Assembly (NCBI GenBank): GCA_016839585.1
Contig: JAEOTZ010000018.1
Coordinates: 64,948-128,947 of the forward strand
Length of the DNA: 64,000 nt
Source of the DNA: Promethearchaeota archaeon
Lineage (GTDB): Archaea; Asgardarchaeota; Lokiarchaeia; Sigyniarchaeales; SOKP01
Direction: 5' to 3'
The translations under genes and the position numbers were made by a program. Position 1 is the stretch's first letter, and each line of letters begins with the position of its first letter. Below are positions 31,121 to 41,244 of this stretch, piece after piece. The notes under the pieces were generated by a model. The model was not told the DNA's origin, did no database searches, and saw only the letters and a program-made list of their open reading frames with translations.

Positions 31121-32884
31121 TTATTTAAAGTTATTATTTACATATTCCATTACTTTATGTATTTCTTCTAAATGGGTTTCTTTTTTACCAAAAATGTAGA
31201 ATCTAACATCTGGTCCTGTTCCACTTGGTCTGAAATAGAGAGTAGAATCTTTGCTTTTTAATTGAAATATATCAATTGCATTAGAATTATCTGATAATGC
31301 ATGTATTTCATAATCTTTTCCTTCAATACTTATAATTTTATTATCATTTTTTTCGAAATTTTTCATAATTCGTACCTTTTCTTCATCAATAGCTGGAATA
31401 GTACGATTAATCCCCTTAATAGTCCAATCTATTGATTCTGAAATAACATGTCCACGGCAAATTAGCTCTGCAATTAATACTAATGCAGAAACAGGATATT
31501 TATCTGCAATTAGAGGAAATTCTGTTGAAAATTCAAATGCTCTTGTATCTGGATTCTTGGATACATTTAATATATTTAAAGTATGTCCACCAGATTCTTC
31601 CCACATAACAACTAAGAATTGTTCTGTATCTAAACCATTTATATCCATCAAATTTATAATTCTTTCTTTTAGAGGAGTGGGGTTGTTAATTTTTTTCAAA
31701 CTTTTATCTTCTTCTTCGACGTAAAGTATTGCTGTATCCACTTTTGATTGATCAACTTCAATACCAAAAAGGAAATAAAGAATAATTCCTAAATGTTTAT
31801 ATCCGACACCAGTTAAAATGTTTAAGAAGCTACTATCATCTCCCCTTAAATCACTTGGGATAGTTCGAACATTTATAATTTTCTTATTATATTCCTTAGC
31901 TAATAAATTATGCATTGCTGAGTAGATCTCATTAGGAATATAGGTAAAATATTTTCCATTTTGTTTTACATATAACGCAATTCTGTCTCTGTCAGCATCT
32001 AATAACAATGCTAAATTAGAATTGGCCCTACTCATTACATCTTGCAATTTTTCTTCGCGAATTTCTTTTATGGGGTTTGGAGGGTTAATTTCTTCTTCAA
32101 TTAAAATTACGTTTGCTCCAAGTTGTTTAAATAAGTTTACAATTCCTCTCGCCTTTCCAAGATAAGGCCAAATCACAATATTCTTTCCTTTAAGACTCTC
32201 TATCTCTAAAATTTTTGATAAGAGTTTTATTGTATAATCATTATTTATTTGTTCAGCATCAATTTTTATAGGGGTTATATCAGGTTTAAGATGAACTTCT
32301 TTAAGTTTTAATGCTCTCCTTGATACATCCTTGAATAGGTCTCCTGAAATTGGAATTGGATAATCGATATAAAATTTAATTCCATTCCAGGACAATTCAT
32401 TATGAGATGCCGTTAATACTATTATTAAATTAATATCCTTTAATAAAGCTACTGAGGCCGCACCGTAAGGTGAAGAAAGTTGAGATTCTCCAGGAAAGTC
32501 TTTTTGATAATAGATTTTATAACCATCATATCCAAATATCTGAGAGCTATAATTTAATAGAATATTTCTAGTTGGACGATTATCAGTAACAATTAAAACT
32601 TTCAAATTTTGACCATTTTTCATCTCTTTAAACTTTTGACTAACTGTTTTAAAGATTCTAAGAAATAAATATAATTTACGGTTAGTTAATACATACTTTC
32701 TGCTTCCATTTTCTTCTATAATATCCAAAATTTGAATTCTCAATCCAGATGTAGGAGCAACAATAGGATCAATGATACTTTTTTCTTCTTCAGTTAACTC
32801 TGGTAATTTTAAGATTTTTATGCCCTCTTCCACTTCTTCTAATTCAATTTCCTCTACTTCAAAATTAATCAGAATGCTCACCAC
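31121..32884 (-). CDS. Alpha-D-phosphohexomutase (PGM/PMM) family protein
   Basis: LTASHN phosphoserine loop, NGIKF, DADRDR metal loop, WEESGG, FRPSGT. Confidence 0.85.
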   Translation of the reverse strand: MVSILINFEVEEIELEEVEEGIKILKLPELTEEEKSIIDPIVAPTSGLRIQILDIIEENGSRKYVLTNRKLYLFLRIFKTVSQKFKEMKNGQNLKVLIVTDNRPTRNILLNYSSQIFGYDGYKIYYQKDFPGESQLSSPYGAASVALLKDINLIIVLTASHNELSWNGIKFYIDYPIPISGDLFKDVSRRALKLKEVHLKPDITPIKIDAEQINNDYTIKLLSKILEIESLKGKNIVIWPYLGKARGIVNLFKQLGANVILIEEEINPPNPIKEIREEKLQDVMSRANSNLALLLDADRDRIALYVKQNGKYFTYIPNEIYSAMHNLLAKEYNKKIINVRTIPSDLRGDDSSFLNILTGVGYKHLGIILYFLFGIEVDQSKVDTAILYVEEEDKSLKKINNPTPLKERIINLMDINGLDTEQFLVVMWEESGGHTLNILNVSKNPDTRAFEFSTEFPLIADKYPVSALVLIAELICRGHVISESIDWTIKGINRTIPAIDEEKVRIMKNFEKNDNKIISIEGKDYEIHALSDNSNAIDIFQLKSKDSTLYFRPSGTGPDVRFYIFGKKETHLEEIHKVMEYVNNNFK

Positions 32885-32996
32885 TTAAATGATAAGATAA
32901 TTAGGTATAAAATTGAAATTCTTATATTTTTTTTTATATTGATTAAAGAAGTTAATTTTTTCAATAAATAAATTCCTTTTTTATCAGTTATAACAA

Positions 32997-33896
32997 TTAC
33001 GTAGCTTCAGATATTTTACTTATAGCATCTCTCAAAATTGCATGTATTTTCTCTCGATAATTAAGATTTATGGCTATCATACCATGCGTTTTTATTTCTC
33101 TCCCCCTATCAGAGAGAATTTTCTGGCAAAATTCAGGAGTAAGCTTATTTGGTAAATCTTGTTTATTTGCAATACCAATTACAAACGTATCTCTATAGAA
33201 TTTATCAAGGATATCATGAATAATCTCTTTTGAAGAATTAACATTCTCAAAGCTTGAATCTAATACCAATAACGCTATGTCTGTTCCATCAAGTAAACTT
33301 TTCCAGAGAGATCGAAAGTTCGACTGACCTGCAAAATCCCAGAATACAATCTCACGGTGAATATCTTGAGATATTTCCTCACCATCATAATTTGTAATAT
33401 CAGCTGTAATTGTTGGAACATATTCTAAATCGATATCTTGCCCACATATCAATTTTAATAATGTGGTCTTTCCGACTCCCCCAAATCCAATAATAGATAC
33501 TTTAATTGCTCCTAATATTGTATTATCCAATTCTTTTTCAAAATCAGTAAAATAAGCCCGATTTCCCGCCCAACTTCCATCTTCTAAGATTTCTCCATAT
33601 TTCTCAATAAATTTTGCTCTTAAGGTTAAAATTTTAGAATTAATTGTTGCATCATCATCTTGTAAATCTGAACAAACAACTATGATGATTTTGTCAATAA
33701 TAGTATAAAAATATTTAAAATCTTCAGTTGCTGTAGATTTAATGTCACTTTGACTGATTTCTTTCATAAAACCTGAAAAAGCACTTAAAAATCCAGCCAG
33801 TAGATCACGATCAACTTCAGAACTTCCATAATTCCTAAACAACAATGATTTTCCGTCCTTAGTTAGAATATTGATATACTGTATCAACTTTTCCAC
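32997..33896 (-). CDS. Longin-like domain fused to an Arf/Rab-like small GTPase
   Basis: N-terminal longin pattern (ILTKDGKSLLFRNY...LLAGFLSAF..F.KE); GFGGVGKT, VPT, WDFAGQ, NKQD. Confidence 0.85.
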   Translation of the reverse strand: MEKLIQYINILTKDGKSLLFRNYGSSEVDRDLLAGFLSAFSGFMKEISQSDIKSTATEDFKYFYTIIDKIIIVVCSDLQDDDATINSKILTLRAKFIEKYGEILEDGSWAGNRAYFTDFEKELDNTILGAIKVSIIGFGGVGKTTLLKLICGQDIDLEYVPTITADITNYDGEEISQDIHREIVFWDFAGQSNFRSLWKSLLDGTDIALLVLDSSFENVNSSKEIIHDILDKFYRDTFVIGIANKQDLPNKLTPEFCQKILSDRGREIKTHGMIAINLNYREKIHAILRDAISKISEAT

Positions 33897-33983
33897 TTGA
33901 GAAGTTTTTTATAATTGTACAATATTAATTAAATAATAACTTTGGATAAAAAATAATTTTTTGTATAATACTTCACCTTTTAT

Positions 33984-34003
33984 TTTAAGGATTAATCCTT
34001 AAA
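33984..34003. promoter_or_regulatory. Perfect 20-bp palindrome TTTAAGGATTAATCCTTAAA
   Basis: Lies between the divergent longin-GTPase and coiled-coil genes. Confidence 0.5.
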
Positions 34004-34027
34004 TAAAAAATAACTAGAGGAATCTGA

Positions 34028-34627
34028 ATGTCAGACACAGATGATTCGAATAAAGAAGAACTTAAAAAATTTATAGAAGAAACTAACAAAAAACTCTTAA
34101 GTTTCTCATCCATACTCGAAAAATTTGGATTAGATTTGATTACGAAAATGGGTCAAACAAATTTGAAATTAAATATGTTGACAGATAAAATTGATGAATT
34201 AAGTAAAGCGACAATTGATGTTAAGGCATTAATACCTCAACTAAATAATGTAATTGAAAATCAAAAAATTCTAGAAGCAGAACTTGATTTAATAAGATCC
34301 CTAATACAGAAGTCAAGTATCTCAGTGCAACCTAAAGAAATGAAAAATGAGGTTGTTGAAAGAGATATTGCTGCTACAAATAAAAAAGAATTAATAATAA
34401 ATCAACTTATAAGCTTAAAAGACGAAGTTGACAATATAGATGACCCAAAAAAAGTTATTAAAACACTAGAAAATATAAAGGAAGATATATTCGTATTTAC
34501 TGGTGGTCATAGAATTCTCTATGATATTTCACAAATAGTTAATAATTTAAATGAGAATGAAACAATTCCAGAAGATTTAAAGGAAATTATTAAAGAAAAG
34601 ACTGTTTTTTGGAAAAACAAGTTTTAA
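34028..34627 (+). CDS. Hypothetical coiled-coil protein with helical C-terminal domain
   Basis: 199-aa ORF with heptad-like N-terminal half. Confidence 0.7.
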   Translation: MSDTDDSNKEELKKFIEETNKKLLSFSSILEKFGLDLITKMGQTNLKLNMLTDKIDELSKATIDVKALIPQLNNVIENQKILEAELDLIRSLIQKSSISVQPKEMKNEVVERDIAATNKKELIINQLISLKDEVDNIDDPKKVIKTLENIKEDIFVFTGGHRILYDISQIVNNLNENETIPEDLKEIIKEKTVFWKNKF

Positions 34628-34744
34628 CTTAAACATTCAACCATAAGTTGTATAATTTATTAATATTCTATAGGAAGTTAAGCAATTTAGATAGCTTTAT
34701 TAATAACTAGTATTCAATATTCAAAACCTATCTATGCAAAGTAG

Positions 34745-35121
34745 TCATAGTTTATAATAAACTGTGGCAGGACAACAAGTACATTTTTTTGAGCTAGGAC
34801 ATATTCTACAATTAGCTCCACAGGGACTTATGTCAAGTAATTTTTTTGGGAGACGTAATTTCATTCTTTCAGGATATTGTAAATTTTCTATAAAATATAG
34901 TTGAGCCTTATTTAATCCAAGAGTCTTTGTGGATTTTTTTCAATATATTCAATCCACCACTTTTGTTTTTCTGGAAGAAAATATATAGAATAGATTTCTC
35001 TCCCTTTTGTTGCCATAAAATAAACATATGGACAATTTTTATAACTTTTTGCTATTTGATTAGTTTCTGTCTCAGTTTTTCCTTCACCAAATAATAACAC
35101 ACAAATTAATTTCTCTTCTAT
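34745..35121 (-). pseudogene. Frameshifted small Cys-cluster protein
   Basis: The 5' frame (..NCPYVYFMA..KWWIEYIEKNPQ) continues after a -1 shift near 34925-34941 as TLGLNKAQLY...SPCGANCRICPSSKKCTCCPATVYYKL*. Confidence 0.7.
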
Positions 35122-35296
35122 GATGATCCCTTAAAAACTTAAATTTTGGAATATTTTTGGTTTCAAATAAAATTTCTAGAGAAACCTTTATTAATAATTG
35201 TATTAAATTTATATTTAGTAAAAATCGATATCCAGAATTATAAAAATATTTAGTAAATTTATAGAAAAATTAAAAAAATTAAAAAATAAAAAGGTT

Positions 35297-35860
35297 ATGA
35301 ATATGGAAAAAGGAAGGATTGTTGCCATTGTTGGTGCTATTGTTGGAATAGTGTTCGTTCTCCTTAGTTTAGCTATCCCCGAATTTTTATCTTGGTACCG
35401 CTGGGAGATAGAGGGCTCAGGTTATGGTTATTCAGAATCATGGGGATTTTATCTTACGGCATTTGGGACTATTAGTGAAGATTTGCCTCCAGGATACTAC
35501 ATAGATGTTGAGACGGCTATCTTAGTAATGATTGGAGGTATCATGGTTCTAGCAGGAGCTGGTTTATGTATTGTAAGTGCTGCTATAGAAATGAAACCTC
35601 TCGCAATAGTTGGTGGAATTTTGATGATTGTAGGGCCATTGATGCTAATTTTTGACCTTGTGGGTGAAGTGAGTGAATTTGCTGAAGCTATGAACGATTT
35701 AGCTGATATGGGGGACAGTAACGTCTTTTTTGGTTCATATAGCTATACTCCTTATTATTATCCTGGTATTACTATAGATAACGGCTGGGGGCTATGGGTT
35801 GGTTTTTTCATTCCTTTTGCTGCTGGCGTTATAGGTATAATAGGCGGAGCATCAATGTAA
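35297..35860 (+). CDS. Hypothetical 4-TM membrane protein
   Basis: Gly-rich hydrophobic helices; architecture similar to 10570-11262 without the zinc ribbon. Confidence 0.75.
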   Translation: MNMEKGRIVAIVGAIVGIVFVLLSLAIPEFLSWYRWEIEGSGYGYSESWGFYLTAFGTISEDLPPGYYIDVETAILVMIGGIMVLAGAGLCIVSAAIEMKPLAIVGGILMIVGPLMLIFDLVGEVSEFAEAMNDLADMGDSNVFFGSYSYTPYYYPGITIDNGWGLWVGFFIPFAAGVIGIIGGASM

Positions 35861-35970
35861 TTTAAATATTAATCTTTTTTTTTTTTTACTAAATTGACTT
35901 AACTGAATTTAAGTTAAGAAAAATCTAAAATTAGAGTTAAGGACTTTAAAATTTGATAAAATCAAGATAT

Positions 35971-36543
35971 TTAATCAGCCAATTTTGACTGATACGTTAG
36001 ATCTGCAATTTTTTGAAAAATAGTTGTGACGCCCTGTCCTGTTAACGCAGAAGTTTCAAAAAAAGGAGCACTTAATTTTTCACTTAAATGATCAGCCATA
36101 GGATGGATAATTTTTCTCTCATCTTTTAGATCTATTTTGTTACCAACTAAAATACGAGGAATCCCACTAAGACCGTATCGAACTGCTGAATTATACCAGT
36201 TGTTTACATTAGAAAATGAACTTGAACGTGTAATATCATAAACAAGTATCATACCATCTGCTCCATTAAAATATGGGCGATGTAACATGTAGAACTGTGG
36301 TTGTCCGGCGATATCCCAGAACATGAGAAATACATCAACATCAGTTCCTTTTTCATCAACTACATTAAGTTTTGCTTTCAAAATGTTTACGCCAACGGTG
36401 GGTATATATTCTCCTTTAATTTGTTTACCTAGAAATTTGTCAAGGAGGGACGTTTTACCTACTGCAGGGTCTCCAATGACAATTATTTTATAGACTAATT
36501 CATCTCGAGTTGTGAAAATGAGTCCTTCTCTTTCTTCAGTCAT
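35971..36543 (-). CDS. Rab-like small GTPase
   Basis: GDPAVGKT, PTVG, WDIAGQ, GNKID, ETSA; no C-terminal prenylation Cys. Confidence 0.93.
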   Translation of the reverse strand: MTEEREGLIFTTRDELVYKIIVIGDPAVGKTSLLDKFLGKQIKGEYIPTVGVNILKAKLNVVDEKGTDVDVFLMFWDIAGQPQFYMLHRPYFNGADGMILVYDITRSSSFSNVNNWYNSAVRYGLSGIPRILVGNKIDLKDERKIIHPMADHLSEKLSAPFFETSALTGQGVTTIFQKIADLTYQSKLAD

Positions 36544-36627
36544 ACTAAATTCAAATTTTTATAGATAATTTTAGAATTAATTATATAAAATATGAAATTG
36601 CTATATAAAAACTTTAATTATTCGTAA

Positions 36628-37170
36628 TTATTTAGATAAAGGAAATTGTTTTTCAATTTCAAATTTCGAATTTGTACTTTTTCCACGAGCGATAAAAAAA
36701 ATTTCATTAACAAGAAACTCTAATTGAATCCAAGAGCTCTGTAATTCATTTATAACTTTAAACAACTTTTCTTTTCCTTTTATTTGTCCTACACTTAAAT
36801 GAGGAGTAAATCCTTTTTTATATTTATTCACATCATTACAATCAGGAACTATTTGTAGAATTTCAGCTTGAAGGGTAATAATTGATTCACATGGTTTAGG
36901 ATCTAACCAGATTGTATAATTCTGATGTCCATGATTAAAGAATTTAAAGCTTCTTAATGAAAGCTTAAAAGAGTTGATTTCTGAACATTTTTCTAAGAAT
37001 TTATCTTTAATTATAGAATAATAACGTTTTGGCCTAAAAGGATATAATAATGTTATGTGAGGCATCCATCTGTTAATGTTTCGATCGTAAAGTTTTCGAA
37101 TCTCTTGGATTGGTTTCCAATTTTCTTTTGGGGGGATAATTACTACAGCAGAAGTATACTCTTTTCTCAT
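36628..37170 (-). CDS. 2H phosphoesterase (2'-5' RNA ligase superfamily)
   Basis: Two HxT/S motifs: PHITL and PHLSV. Confidence 0.88.
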   Translation of the reverse strand: MRKEYTSAVVIIPPKENWKPIQEIRKLYDRNINRWMPHITLLYPFRPKRYYSIIKDKFLEKCSEINSFKLSLRSFKFFNHGHQNYTIWLDPKPCESIITLQAEILQIVPDCNDVNKYKKGFTPHLSVGQIKGKEKLFKVINELQSSWIQLEFLVNEIFFIARGKSTNSKFEIEKQFPLSK

Positions 37171-37266
37171 TAACTTAAGAGTTGTATTTATTAATTTTTA
37201 AATTAGGAAAAATTTTCAATTTTTTAGAAATATAAGATATTTTTAAATAATAAAGATATTCTTCAG

Positions 37267-38508
37267 TTATCCTTTAAATAGGAATAACCATACGTAACAT
37301 ACAATTGTATTAAAAAAATATAAAGCCAAAACGCTAGTTAAAAGGTAAATTAAAATTTTGTATACTTGAAAATCAAATATTTTTTTGTAGCTTTGTTTTT
37401 TACTATTTTTTACAGCTCTAATAAATTGTACACTCTGATATATTATGCCAAAACAAATTAGTAAAAATGGGAATACCCAATAGGAGGGAAATCCTATTAC
37501 ATGAATAACTGCTTCTGAATCATAATCGATAATCAAAATATTGCCCCCCATCATATTTCCTACTAATATTTGTCCATTATCTAATAGATCTGCCTCATAT
37601 GGGGTTGATAACCAGGGATTTCTTATCTCTTTTACAATTCTTTTAGATTTGGTATCATAAATTAATAAACGATTGTTACCTGAATCTGTAATTAATCTTA
37701 AACCATTTCCGATATCATCACAATCTCTTACCCATCTAAATTTACCATAAGGAAATTCTAATTTTAATTCCCATACAATTTTTTTAGTTGTACTATTAAT
37801 TTCAAAAACTCTTCTATTTTCCGAATCACATATAACTGTATTTCCGTTATCAATTCGATCTGGTTCATGTTGCTTATTGAGTAACGTTGAATTATTTGGC
37901 TGTCCATACCACCACACTATTTCTTTTGAGTCACTATAATTTACTTCGATAACCATATCAAAATTTCTTAATGAAAGTAAAAGTGAATCATAATTTAGCC
38001 CGAATTTAGACCCATTAATAAAATCTACATCGTTAATATAGGCCAATGGTCCCATTGAAAGAGTACGATTTATATTTTCTAAGAAAGAATATTCAGACCA
38101 TCCTCTATCAAGTGCAAATTTAGTCCAATTTATATCCGATGAATTTCTAGCATCCCAACTCCAAATAATATTTTTCGGATTATCAATATCCACCTCATAT
38201 ACAAGATCATTCCAAGTATCAGCAATAATGAGGTTACCATTTGGGAGCATATCACTGTCATGAATAAAGAATCCAGGAGAGCCCTGCCATTTTAAGTTTC
38301 CATATTTATCTACAATAACTACCGGACCTGTTACAGAAGTGACTAAATAACATCCAGAATATTTGCCTTCTTGAATATAATCAACGCTTAGCGGGTTATG
38401 GAATGGCATGAATCTTGGGATTACCATATAGAAAGATATAAAACTAAAACTTAAAATTACTAATGAACAAAATATTTTTATTTTTTTCTTTTTTTCCAAA
38501 GTTCTCAT
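37267..38508 (-). CDS. Membrane-anchored beta-propeller, aryl-sulfotransferase-like; probable ATG at 38508
   Basis: HDSDMLPNGN, INDVD, LSLRNFD, QHEPD, RDCD, YEADLL repeats; N- and C-terminal TMs. Confidence 0.7.
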   Translation of the reverse strand: MRTLEKKKKIKIFCSLVILSFSFISFYMVIPRFMPFHNPLSVDYIQEGKYSGCYLVTSVTGPVVIVDKYGNLKWQGSPGFFIHDSDMLPNGNLIIADTWNDLVYEVDIDNPKNIIWSWDARNSSDINWTKFALDRGWSEYSFLENINRTLSMGPLAYINDVDFINGSKFGLNYDSLLLSLRNFDMVIEVNYSDSKEIVWWYGQPNNSTLLNKQHEPDRIDNGNTVICDSENRRVFEINSTTKKIVWELKLEFPYGKFRWVRDCDDIGNGLRLITDSGNNRLLIYDTKSKRIVKEIRNPWLSTPYEADLLDNGQILVGNMMGGNILIIDYDSEAVIHVIGFPSYWVFPFLLICFGIIYQSVQFIRAVKNSKKQSYKKIFDFQVYKILIYLLTSVLALYFFNTIVCYVWLFLFKG

Positions 38509-38521
38509 CCTCGCTATAAAC

Positions 38522-38917
38522 TCAAAATCCAAGATAAAATGTGATACAAGCACTTATTAGGAATAAGCTAAAATATATGAAAGAATATCTCAATGTGAAA
38601 ATCCAAATATTTTCTTTTTGAAGACTAAATCTGTTAGAATATGATTTAATGATATAGATTATGAATACGATAAATAAATGAATAAGAAAAAAATATCCAA
38701 TAATCACAAGTGCTATTAAAAAATCTCGTAACTGTGCATCTATGTTAAAAAACTCTCCTGAATATAAAGCAACTTGAATAAAATAATGTGTACTTCCACC
38801 CACTATTCCTAATATAATTTTTAGCCAAAATAGAAGGATTAATAATGAATAGTTTTCATAAGAATCATCCTTAATACTAAATTTTTTCCCTTTGAGATCC
38901 ACTTTTTTCCCTTCCAT
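38522..38917 (-). CDS. Hypothetical 3-TM membrane protein
   Basis: Hydrophobic 131-aa ORF just upstream of the propeller gene. Confidence 0.6.
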   Translation of the reverse strand: MEGKKVDLKGKKFSIKDDSYENYSLLILLFWLKIILGIVGGSTHYFIQVALYSGEFFNIDAQLRDFLIALVIIGYFFLIHLFIVFIIYIIKSYSNRFSLQKENIWIFTLRYSFIYFSLFLISACITFYLGF

Positions 38918-39111
38918 CTAATGGCAATATTTAATTAAGTTAGTTATTAATAAAATCTCTATGTCTTTTTATTAAAACAAAATAATTTAGATAAATTAAA
39001 AGATTTTTATTTTAAAAAACTTTATTTCTTTTCTATTAGGAGATTTTTATTATTGAATTAAAATTAATTAAAAGATTTTTATTTCAGAAAATTTTAATTG
39101 TAATTTGAAGA

Positions 39112-39618
39112 ATGAAAATTAAAAATCGCCATTTTATTAGAAAATCCGAATTAAAGCCATTAATGGACAAAATCTTAAATCAGTATAACCAAAAATTCAT
39201 TGATCAAGTATTTCCTAAAAACTCTAAAGTAGAAGTCATCCAAACGGAAGCAGGAGATACACTATACGCAATAAATAATGAGTTAAAGCTTTGGAAATCA
39301 AATGAAGGATATATTCCCGTTTTAACGCTTCTTTTAAAAAAAAGGGTCGATTTAAAAAAGATTATAGTTGATAAGGGTGCAATTAAATATGTAGCTAATG
39401 GAGCAAATGTTATGCGTCCAGGAATTACAGAAATTGATCCAACTATAAAAAAAGGAGATATTTTAGTAATTGTAGATGAAACTCATGATAGAGCTTTAGC
39501 AATAGGAAAAGCGCTATTTGATGCTAAAGTAATTGAAGGAAAAGATTCAGGTAAAGTGGTTAAAAATTTACACACAATTAATGATTCCGTTTGGGAATTC
39601 GAGAAACTATTTAAATAA
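39112..39618 (+). CDS. PUA-domain RNA-binding protein (MCT-1/Tma20-like)
   Basis: VDKGAIKYVANGANVMRPGI, ALAIG, GKVVKNLH..ND. Confidence 0.9.
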   Translation: MKIKNRHFIRKSELKPLMDKILNQYNQKFIDQVFPKNSKVEVIQTEAGDTLYAINNELKLWKSNEGYIPVLTLLLKKRVDLKKIIVDKGAIKYVANGANVMRPGITEIDPTIKKGDILVIVDETHDRALAIGKALFDAKVIEGKDSGKVVKNLHTINDSVWEFEKLFK

Positions 39619-39898
39619 TTTCTACTTTTAGTGTTGATAATAATATTTGTCTTTCTGATTCTACTAAATCATCAATCACTTTACTCTCACATTCATAAGA
39701 ATCTATAAAATTATCATTAAATAGAGACATTATAAATATGAGTGAATTCTGAATGAATTTATGATAATGTATTTTTTCTGAAATTTTCATTAATTCAATG
39801 ATTTTCTCGTCTCTCCATAACTCTCTTTGATAAACGTCATTACGGATATATGAGAATTCTTTCATTAAATCTGAATAGTACTCTGTTTCATTTATCAT
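39611..39898 (-). CDS. Hypothetical protein
   Basis: 95-aa ATG ORF with GAGGT RBS-like motif upstream. Confidence 0.6.
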   Translation of the reverse strand: MINETEYYSDLMKEFSYIRNDVYQRELWRDEKIIELMKISEKIHYHKFIQNSLIFIMSLFNDNFIDSYECESKVIDDLVESERQILLSTLKVEII

Positions 39899-40353
39899 AT
39901 TCAGAGATACCTCAATTCATAAATAAAAGTACTTATTATTCTACAATCTTTTTTAGACATTTTTGAGTTTTAAATGATTTTTTTTTTAAGATTTTACGTT
40001 GCTGTATTACAAACTTTATAATTTGTGTGTAAAAAATTGATTTCAACATCTATGGCTTCTTATTAATGTTTTATGCTTTTTATTCCAAATGAAATTGACC
40101 CCAAGTAAAGTTTTTTTAGTTAGTAATTCATAATCCTTTACTTCATGATTTAAAAAGGAATTTGAGGTGACCATATCTTATGTGATATAAAGTTAAGAAT
40201 TTGTAATATCTCCATAATATGTTATACAAATATTACACGATATTATTATAAAACTTGATTTTATATTATTTTGGACTATATCATGATGATATTAACACGT
40301 ATATTGTTGAATATATCGTGATAACTCATCATAATTAGAGAAGATAAGAGGTT

Positions 40354-40665
40354 GTGTGTGAAAGTATGAGCATGTATCGATCATATTTGCTGAAAAATAA
40401 TTTTTGGGCAAAAAAAGGTAATGAAAAGAATCCAGAAGCCGACAAGGTATTTATCAAACATGATTCAGAAGTAGGAGGTATTTACGCAATTATTCATAAT
40501 GATAAAAGGGGAGTAAAAATCATTGCTGATAATAAGGAGTACTTTTTTAACAATTTTGATAAATTAGACACCTTTTTAAATCGACTTCAACAAAGAAGAG
40601 ACGATTTTATGAAAATTCTCAAAAGGAAAAATATTTCCAAAAAATTGAGAATGTTAGATATTTAA
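40354..40665 (+). CDS. Hypothetical protein
   Basis: 103-aa ORF; start uncertain (downstream ATGs possible). Confidence 0.55.
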   Translation: MCESMSMYRSYLLKNNFWAKKGNEKNPEADKVFIKHDSEVGGIYAIIHNDKRGVKIIADNKEYFFNNFDKLDTFLNRLQQRRDDFMKILKRKNISKKLRMLDI

Positions 40666-40799
40666 AAAGTAATTTTCCACAAAAAATTTCTACTCTATTT
40701 TAAACAGGATTAATTTTAAGTAAGATTAAAGTTAAGACTTATATTAGATAATATTATAAAACGAAGTTATTTAAACATATAATATTTGGAGTTTCATTT

Positions 40800-41240
40800 T
40801 TGAAAGTCTTATTAAATAAAGTTCATCAAAATTATAAAAATGAGATTTGTCATGATGCATGGATACAAGCCCAGTTAACAAGTAATCGTGAAATTAAAAT
40901 TTTCGACCCTGATTGTTTAATTCCTAAAGAATATGAAAATAAAATGATTGAATGCTTAATCTCATTGATGATATGGGATGAAGCTCCATATTTTACTGAG
41001 TTAAGCGGAAAATATTTAGGAAGATATAGAATCTCATCAATAGATAGAGAGAAATATATAGTTCCCTCCTATTTAAAAGATCTTAACATTGATAAGAAAA
41101 ATTATCTCGAAGGACTTTATGCTTTTGAAACTGAAGAGGGTTTATTTTTTGTAGAAAAAGATAGATTACAAGGAAAAGAAGGTGAAGAAACCAAGATTAA
41201 AGTGTTTAGATTTGATGTCTTTGCGTGGTTTCCGAGTTAA
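40800..41240 (+). CDS. Hypothetical protein
   Basis: 146-aa ORF with GGAG upstream of a TTG. Confidence 0.6.
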   Translation: MKVLLNKVHQNYKNEICHDAWIQAQLTSNREIKIFDPDCLIPKEYENKMIECLISLMIWDEAPYFTELSGKYLGRYRISSIDREKYIVPSYLKDLNIDKKNYLEGLYAFETEEGLFFVEKDRLQGKEGEETKIKVFRFDVFAWFPS

Positions 41241-41244
41241 TAAT

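Noticed and set aside
35898-35918. CTTAACT-N7-AGTTAAG inverted repeat between convergent genes
   Set aside because: Short and AT-rich; at most a terminator element beside a poly-T tract.
40173-40320. Several ATATC-N5/6-GATAT motifs and a CACGATAT/ATATCGTG pair in a long intergenic region
   Set aside because: Spacing is inconsistent and such motifs are expected by chance at this AT content; no recognisable origin or ncRNA signal.
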